NCBI RefSeq assembly: GCF_032062105.1
Contig: NW_026930642.1
Span: 124,001 to 188,000 of the forward strand
Direction: 5' to 3'
Length of the DNA stretch: 64,000 nucleotides
DNA from: Saccostrea cucullata
Lineage: Eukaryota
Of this stretch, positions 1 through 14,400 are shown in pieces; position 1 is the stretch's first letter; each line of letters starts with the position of its first letter. The notes beneath the pieces are model-generated. The model searched no databases. It was given only the letters and a program-made list of their open reading frames with translations, and was not told the DNA's origin. Position numbers and translations under genes: made by a program.

Positions 1-1268
1 AATTAACAAAAAGTCGATAAGTTTCTCTACATAGATGTATGGAAATGATATTCCCTCCCAAAGTTCAAAGACACTAAACAACATAATTATCACCAAATAT
101 GTTGTCTACAATATTCTAACCATCATTAAGGACAAAAAACACTGGCCCCTGGAGACTGTAGATTAAGCCTTAGATCTCTAGCTTTGAAGAACAGACCAGT
201 CGATAAAACTACAATCATAACCACAGAAACAGGCTTATTAAAAAGGCTATTCTTCAATACTTTGTCAATGGATATATATTTTTTGTGCCTATAATGCTCT
301 TGATATGTTTGTTTTCACAGTGTTGTTCTGTTTGCTTGTTGATTTTTTCAAAAGCATATGGTTGAGTTACCCTAAATTCAGGAATACTTCTGACCAAGTC
401 CATTTTTTATGTACGTTTTTTTAATTTATTGAAATTAATACAAAAATTTATTTGCTGACTTTACCTACATGCATTCAAATGACGAAATTCAATATGAAAA
501 ATTAAGAAGAGTATTAAGTCAAGGATCACATTTACTTGACATGATGTCATACAATGAAATCTGTCTGATCCTGATAACATAGCAATGGGAAACATTTTGC
601 CAAGTTTAAGATCATCACTTGCACTTTTAAGGTGTTACTCAATAACCCAGATAATATCTGCAAAGAATATTTCTGTTTATGGCTTTTTAATGGCAAAAAT
701 GGATCCATTAAAACCACATAAACAAGAAAATAAAATATCAAGAGATATTGCATGGAAAACTAGGACTCTTTAGTGCTGCTGTATCAATCATTATCTTTCT
801 GGTGAATTCTACTGTATTAGCTCTCTTATTTTTTGCATGAAAGTGATATGTTTACATTGACTAGATATTTAAACATTTAAATTAACAGCTCTCTTAATGA
901 AAGCATCCATAACCCTGGGGATTCTGTAACCCAATATTGTTCTATTATTAAACACAGTAACTCTTCATCTGTTTTGTAATTCCAGTCTGAATGTGTATAA
1001 TTGATCAGCCATGAATACCATGTAAATGTCACAGAAATTAAAATTTGATGAGAAACTAAAAATTTGTCAGTATTTTGAATAAACAGATCAAAAATTGTTA
1101 TAAGATTATAATAGAATACAGGGTGATATAAATATGGCAGGATTAAGAACTTGAATGAAATGTTGATAATAATTACCTTTGGTTTGTGAGGTATAAAAAC
1201 TACATGGACATACTAGGGCTTTAATCTGAAAAAAAGAGAAGATACATTTTAATTTACCAGTAAAATTA

Positions 1269-1321
1269 GTAGAGAGAGAGAGAGAATCAAGATCAAGACA
1301 CAGAGAGAGAGAGAGAGAGAG
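1269..1321. repeat. Interrupted (AG)n microsatellite
   Basis: Two AG runs separated by ~17 bp. Confidence 0.85.
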
Positions 1322-2750
1322 TGAATTTTAAAAAATCATATTAATCATTACTCATTATAGATACATGTAACTGAAATCCTGTTCCGTGCTTAGAAGATAT
1401 TTTTCATATTAATTCTGTCTCTCTGTTTTCACTTTGAAGTATGTATCAATTATGAAAACCTTTAAACATTCTGATCAATAACAAAATTATTCCCATTCAT
1501 TGTTAGCATACAATGTAACACATTTTTCATATTGGACAGCAGGAGCATCATCAAGTGTACAGGAGAGCCAGATTGAATGATGCGATATGTTATAAATACC
1601 TATACAGAGCTGTTAGGTTGCTCTTACACATTCTTGTCACAACCAAAGTTTAATTAACAGCATTACAGACTTTTTCATAAGTTCCAAACATTTCAAGAGA
1701 GAGACACTAAAAAAATTGTGTATTGCATTTATGCAAACTCATTCGTATTCAACCCCTTTTCAATGTTTACAATGAAAGACCCTTTGTTGAATAGCTGTTT
1801 GTGTACGTCATATGAATAAATTCCAGAGTTAGTGTATTCGTTTTTAAGACATGGATGGATAGATTTAAATCAAGACTGTTTATAGTGGGCGGTGTAGGAG
1901 GCCTATATTGTAAAGTTCCTGGTTCACAAACATTAGATATCCTAACAGAAATATATGCACAGCTATAGTAGTCATGTCATCATTAGAATATTTCCTCGTT
2001 TTCATCATAGTAGCTCAATGTGATTTGAAAATATGAATTCATTTGATATTACCTGATGGTTGATAAATTCAACATTGCTTGCACATGAGGATAATAAATA
2101 AATATTACACCCAGTTTAATTCTGAAGTGTCATGGTGACATTTTAGATAATAGCTCTTAAACATTACCTTGTCTCAATAAGTGTTTTATCTGCAGTAATC
2201 TAGGAGAACATGGTAAAAATCTCTATTAACTAATGTGCTTTATTCCTTCATGACAATTCAAGACTCGAAGAATTTGAAGAACCACTGCAGCTATAATGTA
2301 ATGACCTAAACAGACAATACCATTACAGACAAAAAAATTTAATGTTTCTAACATGTCTTTAATACAAAAATAGCTCAAACTACAATGAAGAACATTTTAA
2401 CAAGTCAATACATTACAAGAACCTTTAAGTGAAAAGTGTGAAAGAGTTCAACAGAAAGTATAATGGATAATTCTTATTATTTTATCAGTATAAATGGCAA
2501 ACAAAAGCATTCAGTATTTCAACTATGAATTTGAAAAACTCTTCCGGATATTGTGTACATGCTTGGGGTTTAATGAGTGAAGATTTCCTTGAAAAGCACT
2601 TTTAATTCTATAGTATAATTAATCATTTAGATTGATGTACCTTCATGTTTACAACAATTTGTCTTTGCACATGCAGATTAAAATGATATTTATTTAATTA
2701 GTTAGTATGAGTGTATATACCATGGAGTTACAGGAATCTAATAATATTTT

Positions 2751-3104
2751 AATGCCCTCTCACTTCCTTCAAATGATTAATAAAAATTTTCATTTAGCTC
2801 TCCATGCACACTTTTGTCTTTGACATTCAATTTCATTTTCTGAATTCAAATGGAAAGCAAGATCAAAGATTTCTCTTTCTCATCTTTATACAGTTGATAA
2901 TGAGTTAATTATAGAACACATTATATCAACTTCCACATTACTACTGAGTTAATTATAGAACACATTATATCAACTTCCACAATACTACTGAGTTAATTAT
3001 AGAACACTTTATATCAACTTCCACATTAACTACTTTATTCATGTTAAGTATTCATAATTTTGGAAAAGTACATTCATTTTTTATTATGTTGATAATTGAC
3101 AAAA
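2751..3104. repeat. Dispersed repeat, inverted copy of 31566-31873, with an internal ~47-bp tandem repeat
   Basis: Near-identical reverse complement of 31566-31873. The unit tgagttaattatagaacacattatatcaacttccacattactac occurs 3x here and 2x in the other copy. Confidence 0.85.
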
Positions 3105-3467
3105 TCACATATTTTTGTGGGATCAAATTTTCGTGGTTTGAGTAAAAACTCAATTGAAAAGAATTGTTGAGTAGTTATGTATGTAACATTTTATATTTCG
3201 TGGTGGACATGATTTCATGGGTCTCTTCATACCTCGAAAACAACGAAAATTAAACCCCCACAAAAATTTGTGATTTCACAGTATAACACTGAGTAAAAAC
3301 CTATACTTGTCCATGTTTATAGGAACATCAATACATTGAAAAATGCGTACCATCACTCTCATAACTCAAAGCACCATTATTCAGATGAATGTTAATTCTA
3401 AATACGTAGAGTTAATACCAGGAGGAATTTAGATTTCAAACAAACCAAACTCACACCAACTATTGTA

Positions 3468-4497
3468 CAGGGTTCGACACTAACTTTTTTACCTCGGTGG
3501 ACCGCAGGTCCACTTGTCAAAAATTATTGGTGGACCTTCTCAATATCTGGTGGACCTTTTTAAACGTTGAATTAATGAATGAATCATTACACAAGGCATT
3601 AATTAAAACTATACTTTAATATATATCGATTCCAGTCAGACTTATAAATTATAAATCTAACCAGTCAACAGAATCAATTAGGGACTTAAGTCAGATTTTT
3701 TTTCAGAAATATTGTTAAACATACAAAAATATATATATTAATCTACAAACCAAAGAAATATTTTAATAATGATCATTAAGTTACAATGGTGAAAACCTGC
3801 ATTTATTTCGCTTCCAAAAGTAGATTAAATTTAAAATTCCAATTATTAATTAATTTGTTCAAATATTAAACAAGTGAATTTTTTTATGTATCTATGGCTA
3901 GATTTTTTTTACTACGATGGAAAAACATAGGTACATGAATGTGTATTAATTTATAGTTATTTTCTAAATTTAGTATTTTTTCAAATAAGTAGTGATATAA
4001 TGTATATCAAGAATAAAAATTAAACTGCAAATAATAGTTCAAAAATTTAAATTACACCTGTTTGAACATCTATTGAAAAAACAATGCATAAATGCAGCTG
4101 CAGTCAATTCTAATTGTCTCCAACAGTGTGCGTTCAGGCGTGAAGCTATTTCCTGTAATCCAGTAAATTTTCACACCTTTCTGTGCATTACGTAAACAGA
4201 GGAGAGGCTGGCCTGGCTAATTTGGCACAGATTTTTCATGCTTCTTATTCAAGGTCCGTGTTGAATGTTCCCGGTATTTAATGTATATTTATTTCTTGTA
4301 AAATAAAGGTATAGAGGAATTAATAATTTGAGCTATGGATTTTGATTTAAAGAAAAAAACCCTGGAATTTCACAGATTTTAAATACTGTGTTTAAATTTT
4401 AAGTGGACCGACGGTCCACCTACTCTAGAACATTTAGTGGACCTTCCAATTTTTTGGTGGACTCGGGCCGCCGGTCCACCGTTAGTGTCGAACCCTG
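3468..4497. mobile_element. Non-autonomous hAT-like DNA transposon with 5-bp TSD
   Basis: Perfect 17-bp TIR CAGGGTTCGACACTAAC/GTTAGTGTCGAACCCTG. TTGTA duplicated at 3463-3467 and 4498-4502. Multiple subterminal GTGGACC/GGTCCAC motifs. Confidence 0.88.
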
Positions 4498-4620
4498 TTG
4501 TAGCATTCATTAATTACTATAACTTTATGCAATTCAAATGTAGATGGCATTAGATGGTATTACAAGGAAGATCAAGATTCAATTTATTTTAAATTAATAC
4601 CCTCTCAATTCCTTCAAATC

Positions 4621-4950
4621 AAAAAATTGAACTATTAATACTATATCTACAAGTTTAGAAATAGGCTCTTAATAGCTGATATGTTTAGATGCAAAAATGT
4701 TTTAAGCCTTATTCACCACAATTTTTTTCTTTTACACATAATTACATTTTATGAATTTAAATGGAAAGCAATTGTATGTATGCAAGTCTGACCTACTCAT
4801 GCACCTACATAACATAAATTCTGGCTAATTTTTAAAAAGATTTTTTACCTAAATGGTGAATAGGGCTTAAAACATTTTTGCATCTAAACATATTGGCTAT
4901 TAAGGGCCTATTTCTAAACTTGTAGATAAAGTATTAATAGTTAATTTTTT
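4621..4950. repeat. Long inverted repeat (98-bp arms, 135-bp spacer)
   Basis: Arms 4621-4718 and 4854-4950 differ at about 6 positions. Confidence 0.9.
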
Positions 4951-5307
4951 TTTTGTTTTTCTTTAATCTTTAATGCAAATTATAGAATAATAGAAAATCA
5001 CTTGACACTCATTTAACACTAGAAATTCACTGTAGAAGTTATTCCGATCAAAAAATGTCTAAACTTTCCAGTGACAGACGTGTAACTCAAAAATTACTAT
5101 GTGTGCTATCATACCTCATATCCACCCACGCCCAATGAGGGCATTACAGGTGTTTGTATACTTATGGATTTTGCAATGACATTAAGTGTGCTTTCCGTAC
5201 GCTAGAACAAGGGTTCGTCAATATAAATTAATTCAGAGGTCATTAAAATACTTACTTGTTGCTTTCGGAATAAGTTTCTTGATATTAAACTTTGCATTGG
5301 CTGGTAT

Positions 5308-5339
<32 letters not shown>

Positions 5340-5413
5340 TGAAGCCATCTTCTGTCCTGCTATGCACTCTTGATGGAATCCCACACCCGATCGAAATTTC
5401 ACAACAACACAGC

Positions 5414-8400
5414 ATGGCCGACTTGTCACAGGTCGTGCTGACAGAAGTGGACAAACAGGGCGAGATAGACACGGTGCAGCTTGCAAACTCCATTAAAGAA
5501 GATCATCAAAAGATTGTCGGTGCAGTGAAGAGTCTACAGTCTCTTGGTGATGTAAGATGTTCTAATATTTTATGTCAGTAATGATCATGATGCAACCTGA
5601 CACCCCATATGTGATATTACACAGTATTAAGATTAATATTCACTTGTCTCATAACAGATTATATATCTTGTATAGATTTTGGTCAAAAAAATACATATCT
5701 TATAATTTACATAACATTGTTGATAGGGTTGTACTATTTTTTGTTGAAATGAAACCAATGTAGAGAAAATTCGGATTAGACCACGTTAGCGTGTTCTAGG
5801 CTCATAATCTGCAATAATTTTTTATTTTATGAAGTTTTACAATTGGTTAAATTTTCTGTCTGTGATATAGTAAATTTTGGTCACCGATATTTAACACCGG
5901 TTAACTTTCATTTCTTAAAGTTGCAGGTCGATTACTCAAAATTCCCCACTAGAGAGTTTAAATGTCACTAAATGCTCCAATTGTTTCAACTGTGCCATTG
6001 TTATATTTGGCATGATTTTTCCTGTTTATAGTAGAAATTCTTTTTACTCTTTCTTGTGTGGAACTTCTGATAATACCAGTCACCCACGTGGCGCAGTGGT
6101 TAAAGTGTCTGCTCTAGAGTGGCAAAGTAAGGAGTTGATCCTTATGTCGCGGGTTCGAATCCCACTGTGGGACATGGAGACCGGTCCCTCCGATGAGACT
6201 GTATAGTCTGAGGTCCTGTGTCATAGTAGGTGCTGGCACGAAAAAGTCCCTCCCTTCTCAATGGCCCTGAGTGGCGAGTTCAGGACAAAATTCGCAACCT
6301 TCCACTGGCAAGTGGTTACCGTACCAGTCGGCATCTCTATATGAGTGAAAAATTCTCAAGAGGGACGTTAAACAATATACAATCAATCAATCTGATAATA
6401 CCATACTTGTCCGTCATTTACTAATGCTTAGATTACCTTAATGAAAAGGACTTTTAATCATTTACAGTCCGTAAGTCACACAGAATCTTAAAAAAAATGA
6501 TTTACATGTAAAAGACAGTATACCACAAAATTATGAAAAAAAAAATGTATGCTGAACAATTATTTCATGAAAAAAAAAATAAATAAGGACTCTGTTAAAA
6601 GTCTGAAATAACTGTAGAATTTTTATGGTATGTTTGGTGGCACATTTATTTTATTTTCAATATATTAAGTTACTGTTCTCCTTTTTAACAAGAAATGGAA
6701 ATTAAAGTTGTGCTATGTCACAGGTTGAAAATTAACCAAAATCACCAAGGGTGAATTGCATGTGGAGAAACCTTAAACTCTCCTTCAATCCCTTGCAATT
6801 TGTAAAATGTAGAATATTTATTTATACAAAATTTTATTCACATATTAAAGTGAATGGATTGGGCAGCAGGCAAATTCATCATATACTTTTTTTTATATAT
6901 ATATATACAATGTACAATATTTATCCAATGTATAATTTATGTTTCATAAATATTTTGGTAAGTTTTCTTTTTATTAAATCTAGATTGTCAAAGTTGAGCA
7001 GTACTCTACTAAACATTGGCAATTAACAGATGAAGGCAAAGATGTGGCAGCAAATGGGAGTTATGAGGCCAGGGTATACAATGCTGTCCCGTCTGAAGGC
7101 ATTACCCAGGCTGAAATTATGGTATGTTTGATTTGAGAAGTAACCCTTCCTTTGTATGGATAAAATTTCAACAAAATTCATGTATCCTACCTTTTTAATA
7201 TTAGATAAAAAGGAATAGTAATTTGTCATGCATAGTAACTTTAAGTAAAAGATGATGATTTTTGTTGAAAGGTTAAATTATGATTGAAAAAGTGAATGTA
7301 TTTTTTTAAAGCAGAATTTACTGTGTGATACAAAAGATAAAATTGTTTTTGTAGCTTCTTCCTCATTCAGTAAAGAAATAGGTCAGCTTTCAAGTGTATA
7401 CTATTTTGAATTTTACAAAAGTTAAAAATATTTTTTTGATAGGTCAAACTGATATAATCCTGTGCAGCTTTAATTTCTCTTCCTTTTTTGGATAAAAGAT
7501 CATTGAACTTATTACTTTTAACAATTAGGAACTACATCTACAATAAGCATTTTTGTCTCTTTGAATTAATGTAGAAAAAAATAGCATCAGATTATATTAT
7601 TATATCCTGAATTTCATTCATTCAGTCAAAGCTGAAGATGAAAAGTTGTATTTTGTCAAATTAATTAAACTTTGAATTAACTGAACTTTTTTTTCTAAAT
7701 AAATCATATTGCATCTATTGTCAAACAACTTACAAGCCTATATATGTCTAAACAATAAGTACAAAGGTAAATAATTTCACATTTTATTAAAAGAGTTCTA
7801 GAAATGTTAAACCAACAATATGGTCCAATTTATTTTGAATAAGTTTATTTATAGTGTAAAGAAATGGTTCTATATTCCTCACTTCCTTGTTCTTTTTGGT
7901 GAAAGGGAAGGGGGGACAAGAATTTAAGGGAATAAGATGAGGAAGTCATACTCTCATCTGTATTGCTCCATTGTCAATGCATTGTCACACACCCATTTTG
8001 CAGTGTAACTATCCTGTTCATTGGTTTTCACATCCTCACCTGGGCATAACTGCCCTCTTGTTCATCCCTTTTCGTACTCTCATCTTTCATACTGTTGTCA
8101 TCTCCTGTCCATGTATTTCACACCCTCATCTTTAATTGCTGCACCCTGACAATATTATTCCCTGTTGCTGAAACCCTTTATATTTTATTCCTTCATGGGG
8201 TAAACCACCTTTTCTTACTTCCCCCCCCCCCTTTATAAAGGAGTAAGTGAGTCTGTCTGTAAACCAGACATATATCATATTAATATAGATAAAAAGTCAT
8301 TGTTTAATTTATAGGACAAATGATTATAAAATCTGACTTTTTACATAGTTAAGGCCAATATATGTTTACAGAAATTATTGAATATTACAGAAAAATGTTC

Positions 8401-11400
8401 CTAATGCCAAGATAGGATTCAGCAAAGCCATGCAGGCAGGTTGGATTTCCATGGATAAATCATGTGAGGGTGGACCAAAAGTTTTCAGAAAGGTTAGTGT
8501 GTAGTACATCCTTTGCATGTACAGCCTTATAAACCGCCACCTTTTGCATGTACCACATTTTTGTGTGTGATTGTTTCTATTTTTAATATTTTCATGTATA
8601 TAAAAATATACTGATTGAAAATACTTCAAGTAATTTTTTTTAATGTACAATTTTAAAACAAAATGTGTAAAAATGTAAACAATCTGTAAAATTGTTTATG
8701 GGTCAGCAAACTTTCTTTTAATTCAATTTGTTAACAAAACAGAAATAAAACAAAATTAATAACAGTTCATGTTAAAAATGTTTCTTGTTTAATTAAAACA
8801 AGTGCTACAAGTCAAAATTTTGAATTTAAAAATCAATTCTCCTTTGAAATTGTGCGAAAATATGAATCGAATGGCAATAATTTGAGAATTGACTGTACCA
8901 TGCATTTTTGTGTGTGATCTAAAATCAAATTTTACATGCTAGTTTTGTAAAAATGTAAACAATCTGTAAGTAGGTAACTTCTTTTTTCAATTTGTTCAAA
9001 ACAGAAATAAAACAAATACAAAAATTTTACAGTCAAAATTTTTAATTTAAAAATGTCTTGATCTTAAATGAAATGCAAATTTTACAATTTTTACTGTGTC
9101 TTTATCTTAATTACAGAGTGAGAGCATTAAAGACACTGTTCAGGAGTGCATGTTGAAGTTTGCAGCTAATGACTCCAAAAGTGTCCCAGAAAACCAAAAA
9201 TCAGACTTCAAGAAAAGGAAACTCATAACAGAAGTGTTAGTATCTGCTGTACCATGGAACATGTACCTTTAACCTGATTGTTTTGTAACAGAAGTTATTA
9301 TTTTAACATTTACCAATAGATCTAGGATTTTGAAGAAATGCTCTAAAAAATCCTACATGTATTTTTATTTGTGATGTTTTTATTTGCAGAAAAGAAGTAG
9401 GCTATAAAGTGTCAAAGGGAGCTAATTTCACTCTGACTGTCAGCAAAGCAGAGGTGGATTTGACGCCTGAAATGATACAGAGGTACGGTAATATCTTTGA
9501 AATGAAAGCAAAGAAATGAAATTTATCACTCAGAAATTGACAAATAAACATGTTAAATACTAGTACCAGTAGATTATTCTTGAAAATGTTAAATGTTTCA
9601 AACTTCAATTAAATCAATATATCAAGATATATTTTTTGGTTTTTTACTGGTTAAATAAAATTGATATGAACAGAATTGCCCTTTGCATTAGTATGGTGGA
9701 TGAGAAAAAAATAAATGGAGTTTACAGATAGTATACCTAAAGTTCATCATGGTTCTTATTGTGGAACAGGGCCTACATCTATAAAAGTTGATGTATTTTA
9801 TTAATGGTTTGTGTGATCTGTGTGATTATGCTTGTAGTGGATCATGGAAAACTAAAACTTTTAAGGAGTACAACTTTGATGCCCTTGGGGTGCCCCCTCC
9901 GGCAGGTCACCTTCACCCTCTTCTCAAGGTCAGGGCACAGTACCGACAGATCTTCCTGGAAATGGGGTAAGTAGTTCTGAATGTGTGTTAGGTCAGTCAT
10001 GTTTGTTCACAGCCATAGAGTTTTCATTTCCCAGTTAAGTGTTAAAATATTAACAAGGGATAGAAAAGATAGGCATTCCTCTAAAAGGAGCAAAAACAAA
10101 ATTTTTATTAACTGGGTATTGCCATGCTTTTATGTGATTTGCTTTATGCTATAATTGACTATTTTATCATTTGGAAAATAATATTAACCTCAAAATTAAG
10201 TGTGTTTAGCCTTGTAAAATTTGTTGATTTTCATGTAAAATATGCAAATTTATCACTTCACATTCAATATTTTGATCCAGAAATGAGATTGAACGAAAAT
10301 TTCTCTATTTTCAGTTTCACAGAAATGCCGACCCAGAATTTCGTCGAGAGCTGCTTCTGGAACTTTGACTCTCTGTTTCAGCCACAGCAACATCCAGCCA
10401 GGGACGCCCATGATACTTTCTTTATGTCTGGTGAGTAAAGCTACAGATAAATTTCAAAAACTTGCTATTCATGTCTTTACCTATTTAGCTTGGAATTTTT
10501 GTGTGAATCAGTATTCCTTTAGAATTTATGGCTTTCTTAAAAGTACTGTAGAAGTACTTTTTTCCGCGTGGTATTAATTTACGCTATGTACGCGGTCATA
10601 AATTTTCCGCGGAAATTTCTCCAAGCGTACTTAATGAAAATGTAAGGCATATAATGACAATCAAAAATCGAAAATAAAATACAGTGTACCATGTATACAG
10701 TATGTAGGCTCCATAAATTACTGTATAAGTAGAATTTTTAGCGAGGATTTAACTTTGGCATTATTAGCGAGGGTACTGACATCGCTAAAATTTAATATCG
10801 CTAAAATTTAACTGTATATTATTTGTAATAGCTTCTTTAGGTAGCATTTTAAAATCGCTATGATTACTTCTAGGTAAAAATAAAATACCAGATTTTAGGT
10901 CAAAATCGCTAAATTTGCGTCTCGCCAAAATTTCCACTTATACGGTATGATGTTAATAAAAAAGTTTGTCACAGTGATTTGTGAGAATAAAAAAAGTGTG
11001 CAAGTATGAAATATCTATTTATGAATCAAAAAATAAGTTTTTATGAATATTTGTTTTTCATAGAACCCAGAACTGCTCATGAATTTCCAATGGATTATTT
11101 GTATCATGTGAAAGAGATTCACTCTAATGGAGGTCACGGATCACAAGGGTAAGGCCACTGCTACAAAGGGAGGGGGACTGACAGAAATCAGGTCTGTAAT
11201 ATACTGCGAAAGAGGACGAGATTTTTGTTCAACGAAGTATTTTAGTTAAGCCATGGTGAGACAACTTGTACAATATAGGCTAAAAGGAACAGAGTTTTTC
11301 TTCATTCTCATTTTGTCATGCGTTGGAGCAGAATGGTTGTGAACTTAGTATCTCTGTCTCATGTCTTAGTTTGTCTGTTAGCAATATAGTGTTCAGGTCA

Positions 11401-14400
11401 TGCCTTACACATTGTTAAATCTAAGATCATCAAATATTGTCAACTTTTGTATTTGGAGGGTGAGGGGGACATTATTCAAACATTCATGGCTTCATTTTAG
11501 AACTACCAGTATATTGTTATGGCCAGTTAAATACTGTAGAAGTACCTTTTTCCGTGTGGTATTAATTTACGCTATGTACACTGTCACAAGTTTTCTACGG
11601 AAATTTGTCTAAGCGTACTAAATAAAAATGTAAGGAATATAGTGACAGTCTAGAAAATCTGCGTAATTTTCTACCCGTGGATTAAACAGATTTTGAAATT
11701 CCGCGGAATTATGACTCCATGGAAAAAAGCAAGTCTACAGTATTTCCCATATCCTGTCTTACTCACTATGAAACTTAGTGCAATTCAGCATGGTCATTTG
11801 GTCATTTGTCAGATGCATCTTGGGGGATAGATCACAAGGATCTCATGTGAAAGTTAACAACTGAAAATACATATCCACCCTCAGGCCAGACACATGTACT
11901 AGCTCAGGATAGGCTTAACACACCCCCTTATGCAAAGCTGCCAACACTTACAATTTTATCGCAAGGCTTACAAAATAAGTGTCTTAAATATGTCTTACGA
12001 TTTCTCTCTTTATTCTTCCATTTTCAGTTTATCTTGGTCAATGTTTGAAATACCGAAATTTTCAAAGATGGCCGTTTCCAGTTTCTACTATTATTATAAA
12101 ATGTTCATAATCCTTGCAACACTTGCTTGTGTCGCCGTTTTTGTTTTAGAAGGTCGATTGCATTCATGTTTATGTTTTAAAACATGCCTCATATTGCTCT
12201 GAATGTTTGCCCATTTACAAAAAATCTTCAGCCAAAGGGGCCCTAGACAGCCCCTGGACCCCCCATCTTACTATTTTTTCATTTCAGAATGTTGGCAGCT
12301 CTGCCAATGGTCTACTTCATTAATTGCAGTGTGGGAAAAATGTCTAACTGAAAACATGAATTGTATATTTTTTCTTTGAAGGTATAAAATGGATTGGAAG
12401 ATAGAGGAAGCTAAAAAGAACATACTAAGGACACATACAACAGCAAATACAGCTAGGATGTTATACCAGTTAGCTCAACAGGTATGTACTGCTACATAAA
12501 CATTACAGCTAATGCCACTAGGATGCTGCACCAGTTAGCTCACCAAGTATGTACACAAACGTAACAGCAAATACAGCAAGGATGTTTCACCAGTTAGCTC
12601 ACTAGGTATGTACAAAGACATTACAGCTAATACAGGTAGGATGTTTTACCTGTTAGCTCAGCAGGTGTGTTCATAAACACAAGAGCAAATACAGCTAGGA
12701 TGTTATACCACTTAGCTCACCAGGTATGTACATAGACACAAGAGCAAATACGGCTAGGATGTTACTGACTTACTGTAGATCACTTAATTTTCGCGACACC
12801 TTATTTTCGCGAGATAGTCATTGACGCCTGATTAGCAAAACAAAATTTTTGCGAATTGTGGTTATTGCTCTTTATAATCTTTAGGAATACTATTATATAC
12901 GAGAATTAAATTTTCGCGACCACACTGTCTCGCGTAATTACGCGAAAATAAAGTTCTCGCGAATAAAAAGTGATTTACAGTACATGTATACCAATTTGCT
13001 TGGCAAGTAAGGAATAAAGCTTCACACAATATGAACTGGATCCTGTACCAATAAAATAGACACACACTTGGCAGCCAAGGTTGTTTAAATCTTATATTTT
13101 TGAACCAATCAGAGAAAAAAATAATATTATACACAAGTATAGCCCTTTCTTGAGGTGGATCCATAGACATATCAACTTCACAGAAAAGCATATTGACCTA
13201 GCACTTCATGCTCAGTTGATATGCTTTTCTGTGATGATATGATTTACCTCATAAAAGGGCTATATTTGTATATCAAATAATTTCAATCTTTGCAGAAAGA
13301 GTTCAAGCCAGTGAAGTACTTTTCAATAGACCGAGTGTTCAGGAACGAGAATGTAGACGACACACATTTAGCGGAGTTCCACCAGATCGAGGGATCAGTC
13401 GCGGACTTTGGACTTACTCTGGGAGATCTCATGGGAATCATTCGGGAATTCTTCAAAAAGTTGGGCATCACTAAACTCCGCTTCAAACCAGCTTATAACC
13501 CGTACACTGAACCCAGCATGGAAGTCTTCAGTTATCATGAAGGTAAGTCACCGTATTATCAGCTATCAAAATGGTGACTCCATATCATCAAACTTGTACA
13601 GAACCCAGCATAGAAATTTTCAGGGACCATTAAATTATCCCCTTCCATCCCTCTCCCAAACAAAATTCTTCAGTGAAATTTTCAATTACAATGGAGGTAA
13701 GCCATCATTAGTGTTGGTTTTTTATACACCTGCTCCGAAGGAGAGGGGGGTATACTGTTTTACCCTTGTGTGTCTCTCCCTTCTTCTTACCGTCTAGCTG
13801 TCCATCCAGCTGTCTGTCTGTCCGTAACAAATTTTCGTCGCAGTTTTCTCAGCAACTACTCATCACAGATACTTGAAATTTTATCACAATCTTCTCTGAG
13901 GCATGCCATATATTGGGTCAATTTTTGTTTAAATCTGATGTCAACTTCCTGTTTATCCGTGCGACTGTCCGTTTCATGCATAACGAATTTTCGTTACGGT
14001 TTTCTCAGCAACTACTCATTGAATATGCTTGAAATTTTAACACAATCTTCTCTGAGGCATGCCATATGGTGGGATTTATTCTTGTTCAATTCCGATGTCA
14101 ACTTCCTGTGCGTCTGTCTATTTCATCCATTTTTCATTCATAACAAATTTTTGTTACAGTTTTCTCAGCAACTACTCATAGCAGATGCTTGAAATTTTAA
14201 TGCAATCTTCTCTGAGGAATGCCATATGGTGGGATTCATTTCTGTTCAAATCTGATGTCAACTTCTTGTTCGTCTGTACATCTGTCCATTTCATACTTGT
14301 TTCATGCATAACAAACTTTCATCACAGTTTTCTCAGCAACTACTCATAGCAGATGCTTGAAATTGTAAAACAATCTTCTCTTAGGCATGCCATATGATGG

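Noticed and set aside
250-1020. Short ORFs or C/D snoRNAs at the left edge
   Set aside because: No recognisable protein motifs and no properly spaced box C/box D pair.
6079-6175. tRNA gene
   Set aside because: It is the head of a SINE with body, tail and TSD.
6190-6250. Hammerhead ribozyme (ccgatgag...cgaaa)
   Set aside because: Core is CCGAUGA, not CUGAUGA, and stems do not close. It matches a SINE core instead.
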